Shown here piece after piece: positions 51,136 through 61,972 of a stretch of DNA of 64,000 nucleotides. The translations under genes and the position numbers were made by a program. This stretch comes from Vermamoeba vermiformis (taxonomy: Eukaryota), in NCBI GenBank assembly GCA_045837725.1, contig JBEWZL010000215.1, positions 62,001 to 126,000 on the forward strand. The letters run 5' to 3'. The notes beneath the pieces are model-generated. The model saw nothing but the letters and a program-made list of their open reading frames with translations. It was not told where the DNA came from and did no database searches. How positions within the stretch are numbered: the stretch's first letter is position 1; each line of letters opens with the position of its first letter.

Positions 51136-52601
51136 ATGAGTGCTTCACCGTTATCGAACGAAACACGCATTGGGGAAGACAAAGAAATTCTGAAATACTA
51201 CAAGCACTACGATCAAGATGTAGCTATTGTAATTACAGGTATCGTAATGATTCAAATATCGGCAAATTAAAATTCAATTTTAAATTTCAATCTTTATTTC
51301 TCAACCGCTCAGTCTTCGGTTCGTATATTAATCTTATTGCATTGCTTGGTAGATATGTGCGGATTCACCTCTATGACGCGCAAGAAGGGCATCATTCACT
51401 ACGCTTCCCTCATCATCCAATGTCGCAAGTTACTTCGCCCCGTGTTCGAGAAGTACCACGCACTCGACATATTCACCGAAGCAGATGATTTCTGGTACGT
51501 GTGCGCGTGTGCGATCGATCAGCACTGACTGCTCGCAGGGTGGTGATGCCGAGTGCCAAGCACGCACTGCTCGCGGCCTTTGAGTGTCAGCACGTGCTCG
51601 CCGAGTACAACGCCAAGCTGGATCAGGAGCACCAAGACTTCATTGTGCCGCTCTCTGGCTTTGGCATCGATGCTGGACCAGATGTGTGGGTCAGTCGCGA
51701 GGACGGCAAGCCCTTTGGTGACGTGGTCAAGCGCGCCTTTCATCTCGGTGAGGACCTCGCGGAGGACAGTCAGCCATTCGTCACTGATCACGTGCGCGAG
51801 ATCTGTTTGCAGGCACAGCACGCAGGGGAGAGCTGGGCCAAGTCCCTCGCCTTCAAGCGACACGAGATTGATGAGCCCAATGCGGTGTGGATCGTGTCAC
51901 GTGACGAGGCACACGACCCCGCCCTCGCCGCGCAACAGTTTGCAGAGCTCGTGCTGCACACTGCCAGCACACGCGTGCACGACAGCGAACTGATCCCCGA
52001 GGAGGTGCGCGCAGAGGTGCGACAGTTGTTGACACGCGCGCAGTTGAGCGGTGAGGCCCTGAGCACCCTCGACACACAGCTGCGCACCAGCTGTCTGCGC
52101 ACCATGACCACGTGCATGATTGGCTGGACGTGGCAGGGCAGTGCAGTGCACGGCATGTTGTTGCGACACCGCCTGGCCGAGCTGATCAATGCGCACCTGG
52201 CCCTGATCGATCACGTGCACTACAATCCCGAGCTCGGACTCGTCTTCTTCAACGATCCCTTGCCCGCCGTCGTGCTCGCCGTCTCACTCCGCGCAGCACT
52301 GCGTCGCATGGGTGTGGCGGCACTGGACCCGCAAGTGAGTGGTGTGCAGCTGAAGGGCATTGCGTGTCACACGGGCGAGGTGTTGTGGATCGACGAGACC
52401 AACATCCACTGGGGCAGTCCGGTCAACTTTGCGTCCAAGCTGGCTGAAGATCTGGCTGCAGAGGGCGAGATCTGGATCACCGACGAGACGTATCAGCTGG
52501 TGCGCGACAGTCCTGCCTTCGCTGCCCTCAAGCTGCACGTGACACCGCGCGAGTTGAGCACGGACAAGGACCACTTCAACTGCGTGCAACTCGATGATTG
52601 A
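51136..52601 (+). CDS. Soluble class III adenylate/guanylate cyclase-like protein with two tandem catalytic domains; 3 exons
   Basis: MSASPLSNET...VAIVIT|DMCGFTSMTRKKGIIHY...EADDF|WVV...GFGIDAG...FGDVVKRAFHLGED. Second domain KGIACHTGEV...WGSPVNFASKLAEDLAAEGEIWIT. No transmembrane segment seen. Confidence 0.8.
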
Positions 52602-52774
52602 GGGGCGTGGTGCATGCATATGAGGGGTGTTGTTAATGCCTGCATGTGTTGCATATATACGTGTGTGGCATTACACTGCGTTGTATTGCTAGTGTTTGTG
52701 GGAATGTAAGTTTATTATTTAATAAATGGCCAGGGAGTACTATATACAATTATAATGAGCGGTGACGAGTGGTC

Positions 52775-53696
52775 CTAATCAAACAACAAGTCATCTGCGT
52801 CGTTGAGTGGCTGATCGCCCTCGCTGGCCAGGGAACTCAGATCCGACAGCTCGTCCATGTCTGCATCGTCCTCCTCCTTCGCGGAGTCTGCCTCGCCCTC
52901 CATGTCATCGTCGTCGTCCTTCGGGGTGGCGTGGCGACGGATGTGATCGCGCACTCGATCTTTGAATCGTTCGGGGTCCTTCAAATACAGCGCTGCTGCC
53001 TCGCCGTTGAGCGGATCTGCCGCATTGGGGTACATGAGCAATTGAGGCAAGAACACTTCAAACACATTGAGCAGATCTGTATGCGCATGTAAGTAATAGG
53101 GCTGGTATTAGTGGAAGGGTTGGGGGTCACTCACCGAACATGGGACTCCAAGTCTGGTTGATCACATCTAAACACACTGATCCAGAACTAGAAGCGCAGG
53201 AAGTATTAGACATGGAAAAGTGGAATATATTATTATGAGTTTAATAGGTCCCATCAGTACTTACGCTTCATCGACGTTCGGATGGAAGATTCTGTTCACA
53301 AAACCAATTGAAGGAGATTTGTAAGGGTAATTCGGAGGCAACTCAACGCGTATTTTCCAATGACCCCCTTCATATAGGCCTGTATTGTATTAGTATTAAC
53401 GGTGCTGCTCGCAGTGAATTCAGACAGATGTGAGCTTACTGTCTTTGGGTCCTTGCATTTTCACAAAGAATGCAGAGAGCGAATCTTCTTCCATAATTAC
53501 CTGATAATTGCTCATCATGCTGCATATTATATTAGTTTAGGATCTAAATGCCAACGGGGTCGTAATTAATTTTAATAATTAATTTTCAATATTTAATCCG
53601 TATCAAAATTCTCGGCCCGAAACAAATACGAGTGGCCCATCGACCTACTTACAGCTTCATTAAATCCATTTCGCGGCGTTTATTCGGTGTAGACAT
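52775..53696 (-). CDS. UBE2H: Ubiquitin-conjugating enzyme E2 H (Ubc8); multi-exon
   Basis: [69 protein letters not shown], acidic tail. Confidence 0.95.
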
Positions 53697-54494
53697 TGTG
53701 TACTATTTACAGATGCAGAGACCTAAACTATTTACAAGGGATCACCCAGATGAGAACTACTGTACAAATAAATAAACAAGAAGAGGTGCGCGGTACTTGA
53801 AACGATTGATCCTCTCCTCTGTTATGTTGTTACTTCGAGTTTGTTTTTGATTAGTTTTGAGATTTCCTCAACTTTTTCAGTTTGACGTCGGATCCAAAAA
53901 CCGAAGAAAATTTGGCTTGCAATTTACCGAAGGGACACACCGTGTGGAATTTGGGTGCTACTTCGAGATTTGCGCGTAGTAGGCTGGGTTGTAGAGTTAA
54001 CTAGTTGAAGGACAGTTAAACAAATGACATCCCACAGACGAAGAATATTTTACTTGTTCCAAATTCTAGTTCATTTGACAGACAAGCATTATGTGCATCC
54101 TACTATCGCTAGGGACGACTTTATGTCGCCTGGTCAATATTTTAGGGGCTTGGACTCCCTCAGTCTCATTTCAAAAAGATTTTTATCTGGAGCTTTACTC
54201 ACAAGGGCTGTATTGCATGGAGTGCACAAACGAGAACTACCCATGCCTTTGTACGCAATGTCTGGAGGACGTCCCCTCTGTCAAAAAATTGGTATGTCTG
54301 CTGACCAACACAACTATGCAGTGAAGGCCTCATGGTAGCAGTTGGTGTTCTACAGTGACCACCAAAGTTGAACTCCTGCGTGGTGGGGAGATAGCATTGA
54401 TGCAAGATCCTGACAATGTTAATGAGCTTATCCCCACCAAGGCTACTTTGAACAGGGGAAAATATCAAGTGCTGCTAGGCTAGATACAGAATGC

Positions 54495-55225
54495 AACAAC
54501 ATCCCATCCACATTTTTTTTTGTCTGTGTGGGACAATGTGGCGTAGCATGTCCACTGAGTTAGTAATTGACCAACTAATACCAAACTTTGCCATTGGCAC
54601 TGGTGAACCAAAGAAGTACTACTGTTCGCATAGGAGGCTTTGGGCTAAGCGCTGGAGGCTGAAAATGCACTATTCTGCAAAGAACTAAAGCCCAAACTTT
54701 GTTTTAGACAATACTTAGCTTTGACAGACTAGCCCTGCAGTTAAAACATGGGGATATGATGCAAAAGAACAAGATTTGATTTTTAGCCTCCAGCACTCCA
54801 AGCCCCCAATCAGCGTGTATTTCTTTCCTGGCTATTGAAGGGGATGCAACGGAAAGTCTGAAGGTTCAAAATGAAAACCATCGACAAGGAGCCTACAGTC
54901 AATCCAACATCAAAACAATAGACAATTTGGATGAAGTCTCTCGTGCAAAAAAAAAGTTCTGTGGAGAACTTGATTTCTACCTCTTCTGCATTTTACAGCC
55001 AGGAGAGATCTAAGGAGATGTATTCTGTTAAGCGAAGATGGCCGCCAGCTCAGCTATCCGTGACGTTTTGGCTATCCAGAGAGGGGTAGATACTGGGTAG
55101 GCAACCAGGCAGAAGTTCTCAAATCCCACCCGCATACTGTTTATTATTGTATGGCTTGGTACCTGCTCAGGTGTCAACCACACATGGGTCCAATTTTTGT
55201 TCAACTTGCATGGAGGATGTCAGAT
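54495..55225. mobile_element. Older, decayed copy of the TIR element at 55541-56188 (ends approximate)
   Basis: 54559-54703 is a diverged direct repeat of 55619-55767. The upstream acatcccatcca matches the TIR acgtcccgtccg, and catgggtccaatttttg (~55183) matches the right TIR. Confidence 0.55.
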
Positions 55226-55320
55226 GGTTGGGGGGTTTTTTCATAATCTTTGTTTCTTTTTGCTAGTACGTTCATAATGCAGGAATAGGGTTACTAGTAT
55301 ATTATGACACCCAAAGGAAA

Positions 55321-55449
55321 GTTTTTTTTTTTTTTTTTTTTTTTGTTTTTTTAAATTTTTTTTTTTTTTTCTTGGTCTGCACAGAACTCGCCTTGTATGA
55401 ATTCCTAGCTCTCTTGCCAATTCTAAAGAGATCCCCAATCAGTGTTAAG
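55321..55449 (-). mobile_element. Possible 5'-truncated retroposed fragment with a ~49-nt poly(A) tail
   Basis: Interrupted T-run at 55322-55370. AAAGGAAA occurs on both sides (55313-55320 and 55450-55457) as a possible target-site duplication. Confidence 0.4.
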
Positions 55450-55540
55450 AAAGGAAAATATTCCCTGCAGCGGACCACAACTGTGGGATTCTTAGCGAAG
55501 TTGTGCTAGCAGGTGTGTTTTATTTTCCTGGTTTTCCTTC

Positions 55541-56188
55541 GGCGGACGTCCCGTCCGCCAAAAATTTTTCATCCATCCATGGACATTGCGTCCGTCCGGA
55601 GTCACTGCCTCCGCTGATGTTAGTAATTGACCGACGTACACCAAACTTCGCCATTAGCACCAGCGGACCCAAGAAAGACTACTATTGGCATCAGGAAGCT
55701 TTGGGCTAGCCGCTAGAGGCTGAAAATGTCTTTGTTCTGCAAAGAACTTAAGTACTAGAACTTTGTTCTATATGCTGCAAAACCATTTAAACTTTGGAAA
55801 TACATAGAACTGTCACTATATAACAAGAAGATATGAGTAACTGTCAATGATATTGTAGTGACAGCAATTTGTAAATTTTCAGCATTAAGTATGACCCCAT
55901 CCATCAGCACATACTGTGTACAACACAACTATACGTATTTTATGCACCACTGAACTTTAGCTACAATTCATTGTCACCTAACTGTCCAAAAATTTTTGCA
56001 TAATTTATACTTTTTTAAATTGTAACTTTGTCCAGCATGGTGGCAAACCTTTTTATATGGAAGGGATATGCTTAACCACATACATGGCATATAGAAATCC
56101 TATTTAAAACTTTGTACTATATAATGTATAGTCGGCGGACGTGCGGTCCATGGCGGACATCCAATTTTTGGCGGACAGGACGTCCGCC
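55541..56188. mobile_element. Non-autonomous DNA transposon (MITE-like), ~650 bp, with ~60-bp imperfect terminal inverted repeats
   Basis: Left end ggcggacgtcccgtccgccaaaaatt; right end aatttttggcggacaggacgtccgcc (25/26 complementary at the termini). TTC flanks both sides. AT-rich non-coding interior. Confidence 0.75.
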
Positions 56189-56694
56189 TTCAGAAGTGCC
56201 AACAGCTAGCTGAAAGGCCTGGAAACTGGGACTGAACATGACTGGAGATCCTGCTGTTGCAGCATGTAAGGGTAATCTTTGCAGGGTCCTGTATTGAACA
56301 TGCCATATCTGGGAATAATTGCTGAAAATCAGCAAATTCACATGTTAACTTCCAGGTTGACACTTTTACACTGTACCCTACTAATATCGGTGGACGTGGT
56401 TCTTTCTGAAACCTCCAACATTACAAACAGCAAGAGGTTAATAAATTTCTCGTTGTTGTAATGTGTTTTCAATACCCACTTCCAACAATTTTCAGCTCCT
56501 CTTAGCTAAAACAATTCCTACCGTAAGAATACTACGTAATAACGAAGCAAACTTATTTCCAACCCATCCGACAGAAGCTTCCAGCGCACGTGTCACGCTC
56601 AAGAATTCTCCGTTTTGAAGTTTCATTTCGTAATTTTTAAACGAACAACAACAACACAACCAGCAGTTAATTTGAGTAGAGATTGACTGCAACT

Positions 56695-57850
56695 ATGGAT
56701 AGTCTCATACATAACATTCACAAGACATACATTAATACTGTATCAAAGATCACTCCAACCTTGACCGAATCTGAATTTGAAAAGAAAGGTGTGCTAACAC
56801 CTGAAGAGGTAAATATATATTTAATAGTAATTTAACTCGTTACTATCAGCAGTATTTATTATTATTTATTTGCGAATTTTCCAATTATTTAATTTTGCGA
56901 ATAGTTCGTTGCTGCAGGAGATCTGCTCGTGTACAAGTGCCCCACATGGTCGTGGTAAGTCATTCGACTATAAAATATTATCGCGGCTCTATTAACTGAT
57001 GGACAAAGGGCCACTGGTGATCCCAACAAGACGGTGCCTTACTTGCCCAAAGACAAGCAGTATTTGATTACTAATCGCGGTATGTCTCTATATAGCACAT
57101 CAGTATTCATACAAGGGCTGTTGTACTAATTGCGCGCTGCATCCAGTGCCCTGTTCGACACCTGGTGAGAACAACAAATCAGATCAAGCGCAGAGTGATA
57201 TCGTCGAGGACGAGTGGCTTGCAGTCACCAAGGACGTGATGAGTACGTATTAATACGACACTATTCGAGCCCTGTCTCACCGCAGGAGTGCAGATCGCGA
57301 AGAAGACGACGACATCCCCGACATGGAGCAAGACAAAGTGGTGCACGAGAGCAAGGACGACGACGACGATGACGAGGGCGAGGTGCCAGACATGGACACG
57401 TGGAACGAGGACAACAACTTGCTGGAGGGCGATGCAGCCACAGTGACGAGTGCCAGCAGCCACACCGCGCACACCGTGAAGCGTCGCACGTACGACATCT
57501 CGATCACGTACGACAAGTACTATCAGACACCGCGCGTGTGGCTCTACGGCTACGACGAGAATGGCCAGCCCCTGTCCGATCTGAAGCTCATGTACCGCGA
57601 CATGAGCGAGAGTCACGCCAAGAAGACGATCACCATCGACACGCATCCGCACCTCAACTTGCCCTTCGCGTCCATTCATCCGTGCCGACACGCGCAGGTG
57701 ATGAAGAAGATTGTGGACTTGATGGTGTTGAAGAACAAGCAGCCGCGCGTGGATCAGTACTTGTTCCTGTTCTTGAAGTTCTTGTCGGCGGTCATTCCCA
57801 CCATTGAATACGACTTCACCTTCGATATGGACATCACGCTGCTCGAGTAA
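56695..57850 (+). CDS. ATG3: Autophagy E2-like enzyme Atg3; multi-exon
   Basis: GVLTPEE|FVAAGDLLVYKCPTWSW, YLPKDKQYLI, RTYDISITYDKYYQTPRVWL, SIHPCRHA, FLKFLSAVIPTIEYD. Confidence 0.97.
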
Positions 57851-58032
57851 CACTGCTCGCTATAGATAGATATATATATGTGTGTACTGCACGAGTAGCT
57901 GCTGTGTGTACCGGTCTCAAATGTAAATCAGTGTAAAGTTCACAGCGTAGTGTTTACTGCCCATTCAAAACACGACACTAGCGAGGGGGGTTATATAATA
58001 CACATTGGGGGGGTGCTCACTAGGTGCGCTTA

Positions 58033-59765
58033 TTATTTGCTATTGTTGTTGGTGTTGTTGTTAGTGTTGTTGTTGTGCTGTTCGCTCCACTGGTGCGGGG
58101 CAGGCGGCACAGGCGCGTTGTTGTTTGCGTGCTGATACGATCTGAAGTCGCACGCCTTGTTCTTCTTGCTCTCGTGCTCCATCACCGCGCGCGCACTCTC
58201 CGCGGCACCCTCCGCCAAGCGACGCTCCTTCTCCTCGCGCTGATTCCAGTACTCGCCCTTGAACGACCACTCGCCCTCGCTGTCACTCGGCGCTGCAAAC
58301 CACACTGGTCCCGTGGCGACGTAGGGCTCTTTCGCGGTGCCCTGCGCACTCTCCTCTTTGTACTGGGCCAGCACGCGACGATCGTGTCGCTGTCGCTCTT
58401 CGAGAGTCTTCTTCCACGCGGTGGCGTGCTCGGTCTGTTGGTACTGCAGCCAGCGACGGTCAGGGCGCAGACGACTGTCAGTGACGCACAGCACTTGTTC
58501 GCGCACCTCGTCTGCTGCGGCACTGCTCTGGCCCTGCGCGGTCAACAGCTCCGTGGGGCGCATCAAGCGGTGTGCGAAGGGTGTGAGTCTAAATTTAGAC
58601 TTGTCGTAGTACTCGGCCGTGTTGACTTCGAACAACACCTCCTCGCTGTCCTTGGCGTGCTCGCTCGTGCTCACCAGCCACTTGGCGACAATCTTCTCGT
58701 TCCACTTGCCACTCAGCTGCACACTGGATGTGGATGTTTGTCAGTCATCGGAAGCAATTGCTCATCTGCGTCAGTCTCACTTACCAATCAACTCCTTGCG
58801 CGTTCTTGACAGTACCCTCAAACTCGTAGTTGGTGCGCGAGAAGAAGCCGCTCTTTTTGAATTGGATCACGCATGTGTCATTCGTCAGCTTGTTCGCAAC
58901 ATTCAATTCGCCGTAGTGTTCCAACCAGAACGAACCAATCAGCAAGTTGTGCACTCGTGTACTGTGCGATATAAATTAGCATGCGATACGCTTTCGAAAT
59001 GGTTCGTAAAGGCTGATCGCGCAGATCAGCAAAATTAACTAAACTTACAAGGGGCAAGTGTAATAAAAATGATCGCTAGTCTTGGGCAGCTGCACATGTG
59101 TCTTAGCATTGGTATTGATCTCGATGGAATTGCCTAAGAATTTGGTTTTCACTCGTGTATCCTGCCAGAAGATAAAATTCTCGTTGTGTGCGTGACTGGC
59201 TGTGATAGGGGGATGATGACTGACTTGTTCGGCAATAAATTTCATGCCATTTTGCGAATCAATAAATTCAAAGGTCTCGCCAAGCAGCGGGTTGAAGTTG
59301 GTATCTGCATCAACCGAAATAATAATTAATACACATTCCAATAACTGCACCGCAATCTATCCAATGAATAGATTGACCATCATATAGTTGATACATACAA
59401 AACCGCTCGCTTCCGCAATAACCGCTAATTCCGAACGCAGCAACCCAAACGAGTCGATCGATCGGATCTTGGCACTGCGCAGCTTTGTCGAGCAATCTAG
59501 AATGTGCGAGAGTTTCGCAGCTACGTTGCAATATGGTGAGGGGTTCGTAGAGCCAAGCAGGCAAGCTAACGGCACTCATGACATCTGAGCCGAGCTTGCC
59601 CGACAAGAGACTCTTGAGCACGGAGCCAATGCCCTGCGAGCTCTGCTGCGGCGTGTTGTGATCGACTGCTGGCTCGCTGCTGGGCTCTGTCTTTGGATCC
59701 GGCGTGGATTGTTGTTGTTGCTGTTCGGTCTGACCGAGACCAAAGGTACGTTTGAAGAAGTCCAT
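58033..59765 (-). CDS. Short oxysterol-binding protein (ORD only); multi-exon
   Basis: SLPAWLYEPLTILQR, FNPLLGETFE, EQVSHHPP signature, TDSRLRPD, KKTLEERQR. Confidence 0.92.
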
Positions 59766-60012
59766 AATAATAACTGGAGTATTATTAGTGTAATTAATAC
59801 GCAGTTGTGTTCGCTGTGTGTAGGACAAGTATTTAACACGCAAAAATTTTCACGTTGAATCAATAACGCGAAATTCCGCATCAAATCACGTGGTAACTGC
59901 TGCAGTACTGGTGCCTGAGAAGAATAAGAGCGACAAGAGTCAGTGGTGTGATTTGAAACATATTACACACTATTTACTAAGCATTCAGAAGTACACGGAG
60001 GTGCGTCACGCG

Positions 60013-61704
60013 TTACGCGGAGAAGAGTTTCTTGTGACAGGCCTTGCAGTACGGCTTGCCATTCTGCTCCGTGTACGCGCTGCCCGAGAGCAGATTGGTG
60101 CAGAAGGCGCACGAGAAGTGTTCGGGGTGCCACTTCTTGCCGAGTGCGGAGACTGAGGGGCCCGTGATGGCTTGACCACATCCACCGCACGTGGAGCCAG
60201 TCTGCATGTAGTAGTGCACATCGCAGTAGGGCATGCCTTGGAACTCGTAGAAGGTGCCACCACCGAATGACTTGTGACAGGTCTGACAGTTGAAGTGCTC
60301 CGGGTGCCACTGTGAGCCCAGCGCATTCACGCAGTCGCCGCGCACCGCTTGATTGCAGGCCCGACAGCGCGGTGCAAACACGTCGAAGAAGCACTTCTCG
60401 CAGTAGGGTCGCTTGTCGCGCTCGTAAAAGTTGCCGCCCGCGAAGGAGGAGAGACACTGCGTGCACACAAAGCAGTTCACGTGCCAGGTCTTGCCGAGTG
60501 CGTTCAAGCAGCGGTCCACCACGGGGGCATTGCAGTGCGCGCACTTGGGACAGAATCGCGCGCTGAAACATCGCTCGCAGTGCGGCTGTCCCTCTTGCTC
60601 GAAGAAGTTGCCCGTGCCGATCGGATTGCCGCACGCACCGCAGACAAAGTGCTCTTGGTGGTAGGTGCGGCCGAGGGCTGTCATCATCTCGCCGAAGATG
60701 GGCTTGCGACAGGTAGCGCATATGCCGCGCGAGAGGTTGTTGGCTTGCGGTGTGACGCCTGGCTGCAACTCGTGCATTTCCGTGTTCAGATTCGTGAGCA
60801 GATCATCCAAATCATCGCGACGACGTGCTGCGTTGTTGGCGGGGTTGTAGGCAGGTGTGGGATTAGTGTAGCCCGCAGTAGTATTAGTGCCGTAGCCAGT
60901 GTTGGGCGTGGCGGCAGATCTGTACGGTGTAGCGCCTGGAGCACGTGTGTTGTTGGAGAGGCCAGCCATGAGTGAGTCGAGCTCATCGTCGTGTCTGGAG
61001 ACACTAGTGACACTAGTGGGACCATTGCCACCGCTGCCAGTGCTCAATCCTGCCATCAGCGCATCCAATTCATCAGCGGCATCTGGTTTCTTTTTAGGAG
61101 CAGCAGCTACTTTCGCAGCGCCAGATCCATTAGTGAGATCATTCATGAGGGCATCGAGATCATTGACTGGATCTGACTTGGCAGGTTGTTTGGGCTGCAC
61201 GGTGATGGAGGAAGTGACGACGCGACCAGGGGCTTGTTTGGGCTGTGCAGGGCGTGCTTGACCCCCGCTGAGATCACTCATCAGTGCTTCGAGTTCATCG
61301 ACGTGATTGGCGCTGCTCTTGGGAGCTGCTGCAGGCTGATTTGGCTTGGTTAAGTCGCTCATCAGTGCTTCGAGCTCATCTACACTGTTGGGTTGAGCGG
61401 GCTTTGGTGGTTGTTTAGGCTGAACGACTATAGATGAAGTGACTACTTTCTTCGGGGCAGCAGCGACTGGTTGTTTAGGCTTGGGGGAGAGATCATTCAT
61501 GAGCGCATCAAGATCATCAACAGTAACTTGGCTTTTGGTGGCTGGGGTAGCAGGACCATTGCTCTTCTTAAGTTCGGGCTTAGCGGTGAGATCGTCCATC
61601 AATGATTCGAGTTCTTGCAAGTCTACATTCGTTGGCTTTGGTTTTGTTTCAGCCCGAGGATTGGCCTTGGTCAAATCATCCAATAATAAATTTAATTCGT
61701 CCAT
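60013..61704 (-). CDS. paxB: Paxillin (multiple LD motifs + four LIM domains); single coding exon
   Basis: 563-aa ORF with nine LDxLMxxL-type motifs and four C-terminal LIM domains ending KPYCKACHKKLF. Confidence 0.92.
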   Translation of the reverse strand: MDELNLLLDDLTKANPRAETKPKPTNVDLQELESLMDDLTAKPELKKSNGPATPATKSQVTVDDLDALMNDLSPKPKQPVAAAPKKVVTSSIVVQPKQPPKPAQPNSVDELEALMSDLTKPNQPAAAPKSSANHVDELEALMSDLSGGQARPAQPKQAPGRVVTSSITVQPKQPAKSDPVNDLDALMNDLTNGSGAAKVAAAPKKKPDAADELDALMAGLSTGSGGNGPTSVTSVSRHDDELDSLMAGLSNNTRAPGATPYRSAATPNTGYGTNTTAGYTNPTPAYNPANNAARRRDDLDDLLTNLNTEMHELQPGVTPQANNLSRGICATCRKPIFGEMMTALGRTYHQEHFVCGACGNPIGTGNFFEQEGQPHCERCFSARFCPKCAHCNAPVVDRCLNALGKTWHVNCFVCTQCLSSFAGGNFYERDKRPYCEKCFFDVFAPRCRACNQAVRGDCVNALGSQWHPEHFNCQTCHKSFGGGTFYEFQGMPYCDVHYYMQTGSTCGGCGQAITGPSVSALGKKWHPEHFSCAFCTNLLSGSAYTEQNGKPYCKACHKKLFSA

Positions 61705-61972
61705 ATTCTAATTTTAATGTTAATACTGGTAGTTTATAATCAGTATTATTTTTTGAATTTTTAAAAATCGTTTTATAACGGCCAGATTCCACAACAAAAT
61801 CTTGAGAGAATCTTGCGCAAAACTGCAATATACCTGTATGAGTGAGTAGTGGTGAGCAGTGGATGACACTGGGAGTGTGAGAGATTGAATTGCTGCGATT
61901 CATTTTGAATTTTTTTCAGTTCAGTGTGACACAAAATCAGGGCCGTATCTCGTCTCAATTTTAGTCACAGCC

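Noticed and set aside
34599-53903. Shared upstream motif GATCCAAAAA(T/C)CG before adk (34599) and UBE2H (53891)
   Set aside because: Only two instances and low complexity; not enough to call a promoter element.
36245-61704. Apparent cluster of adhesion genes (PINCH-like, PAK, GbpD-like, paxillin)
   Set aside because: Interspersed with unrelated housekeeping genes, and these families are large in amoebae; no evidence beyond chance.
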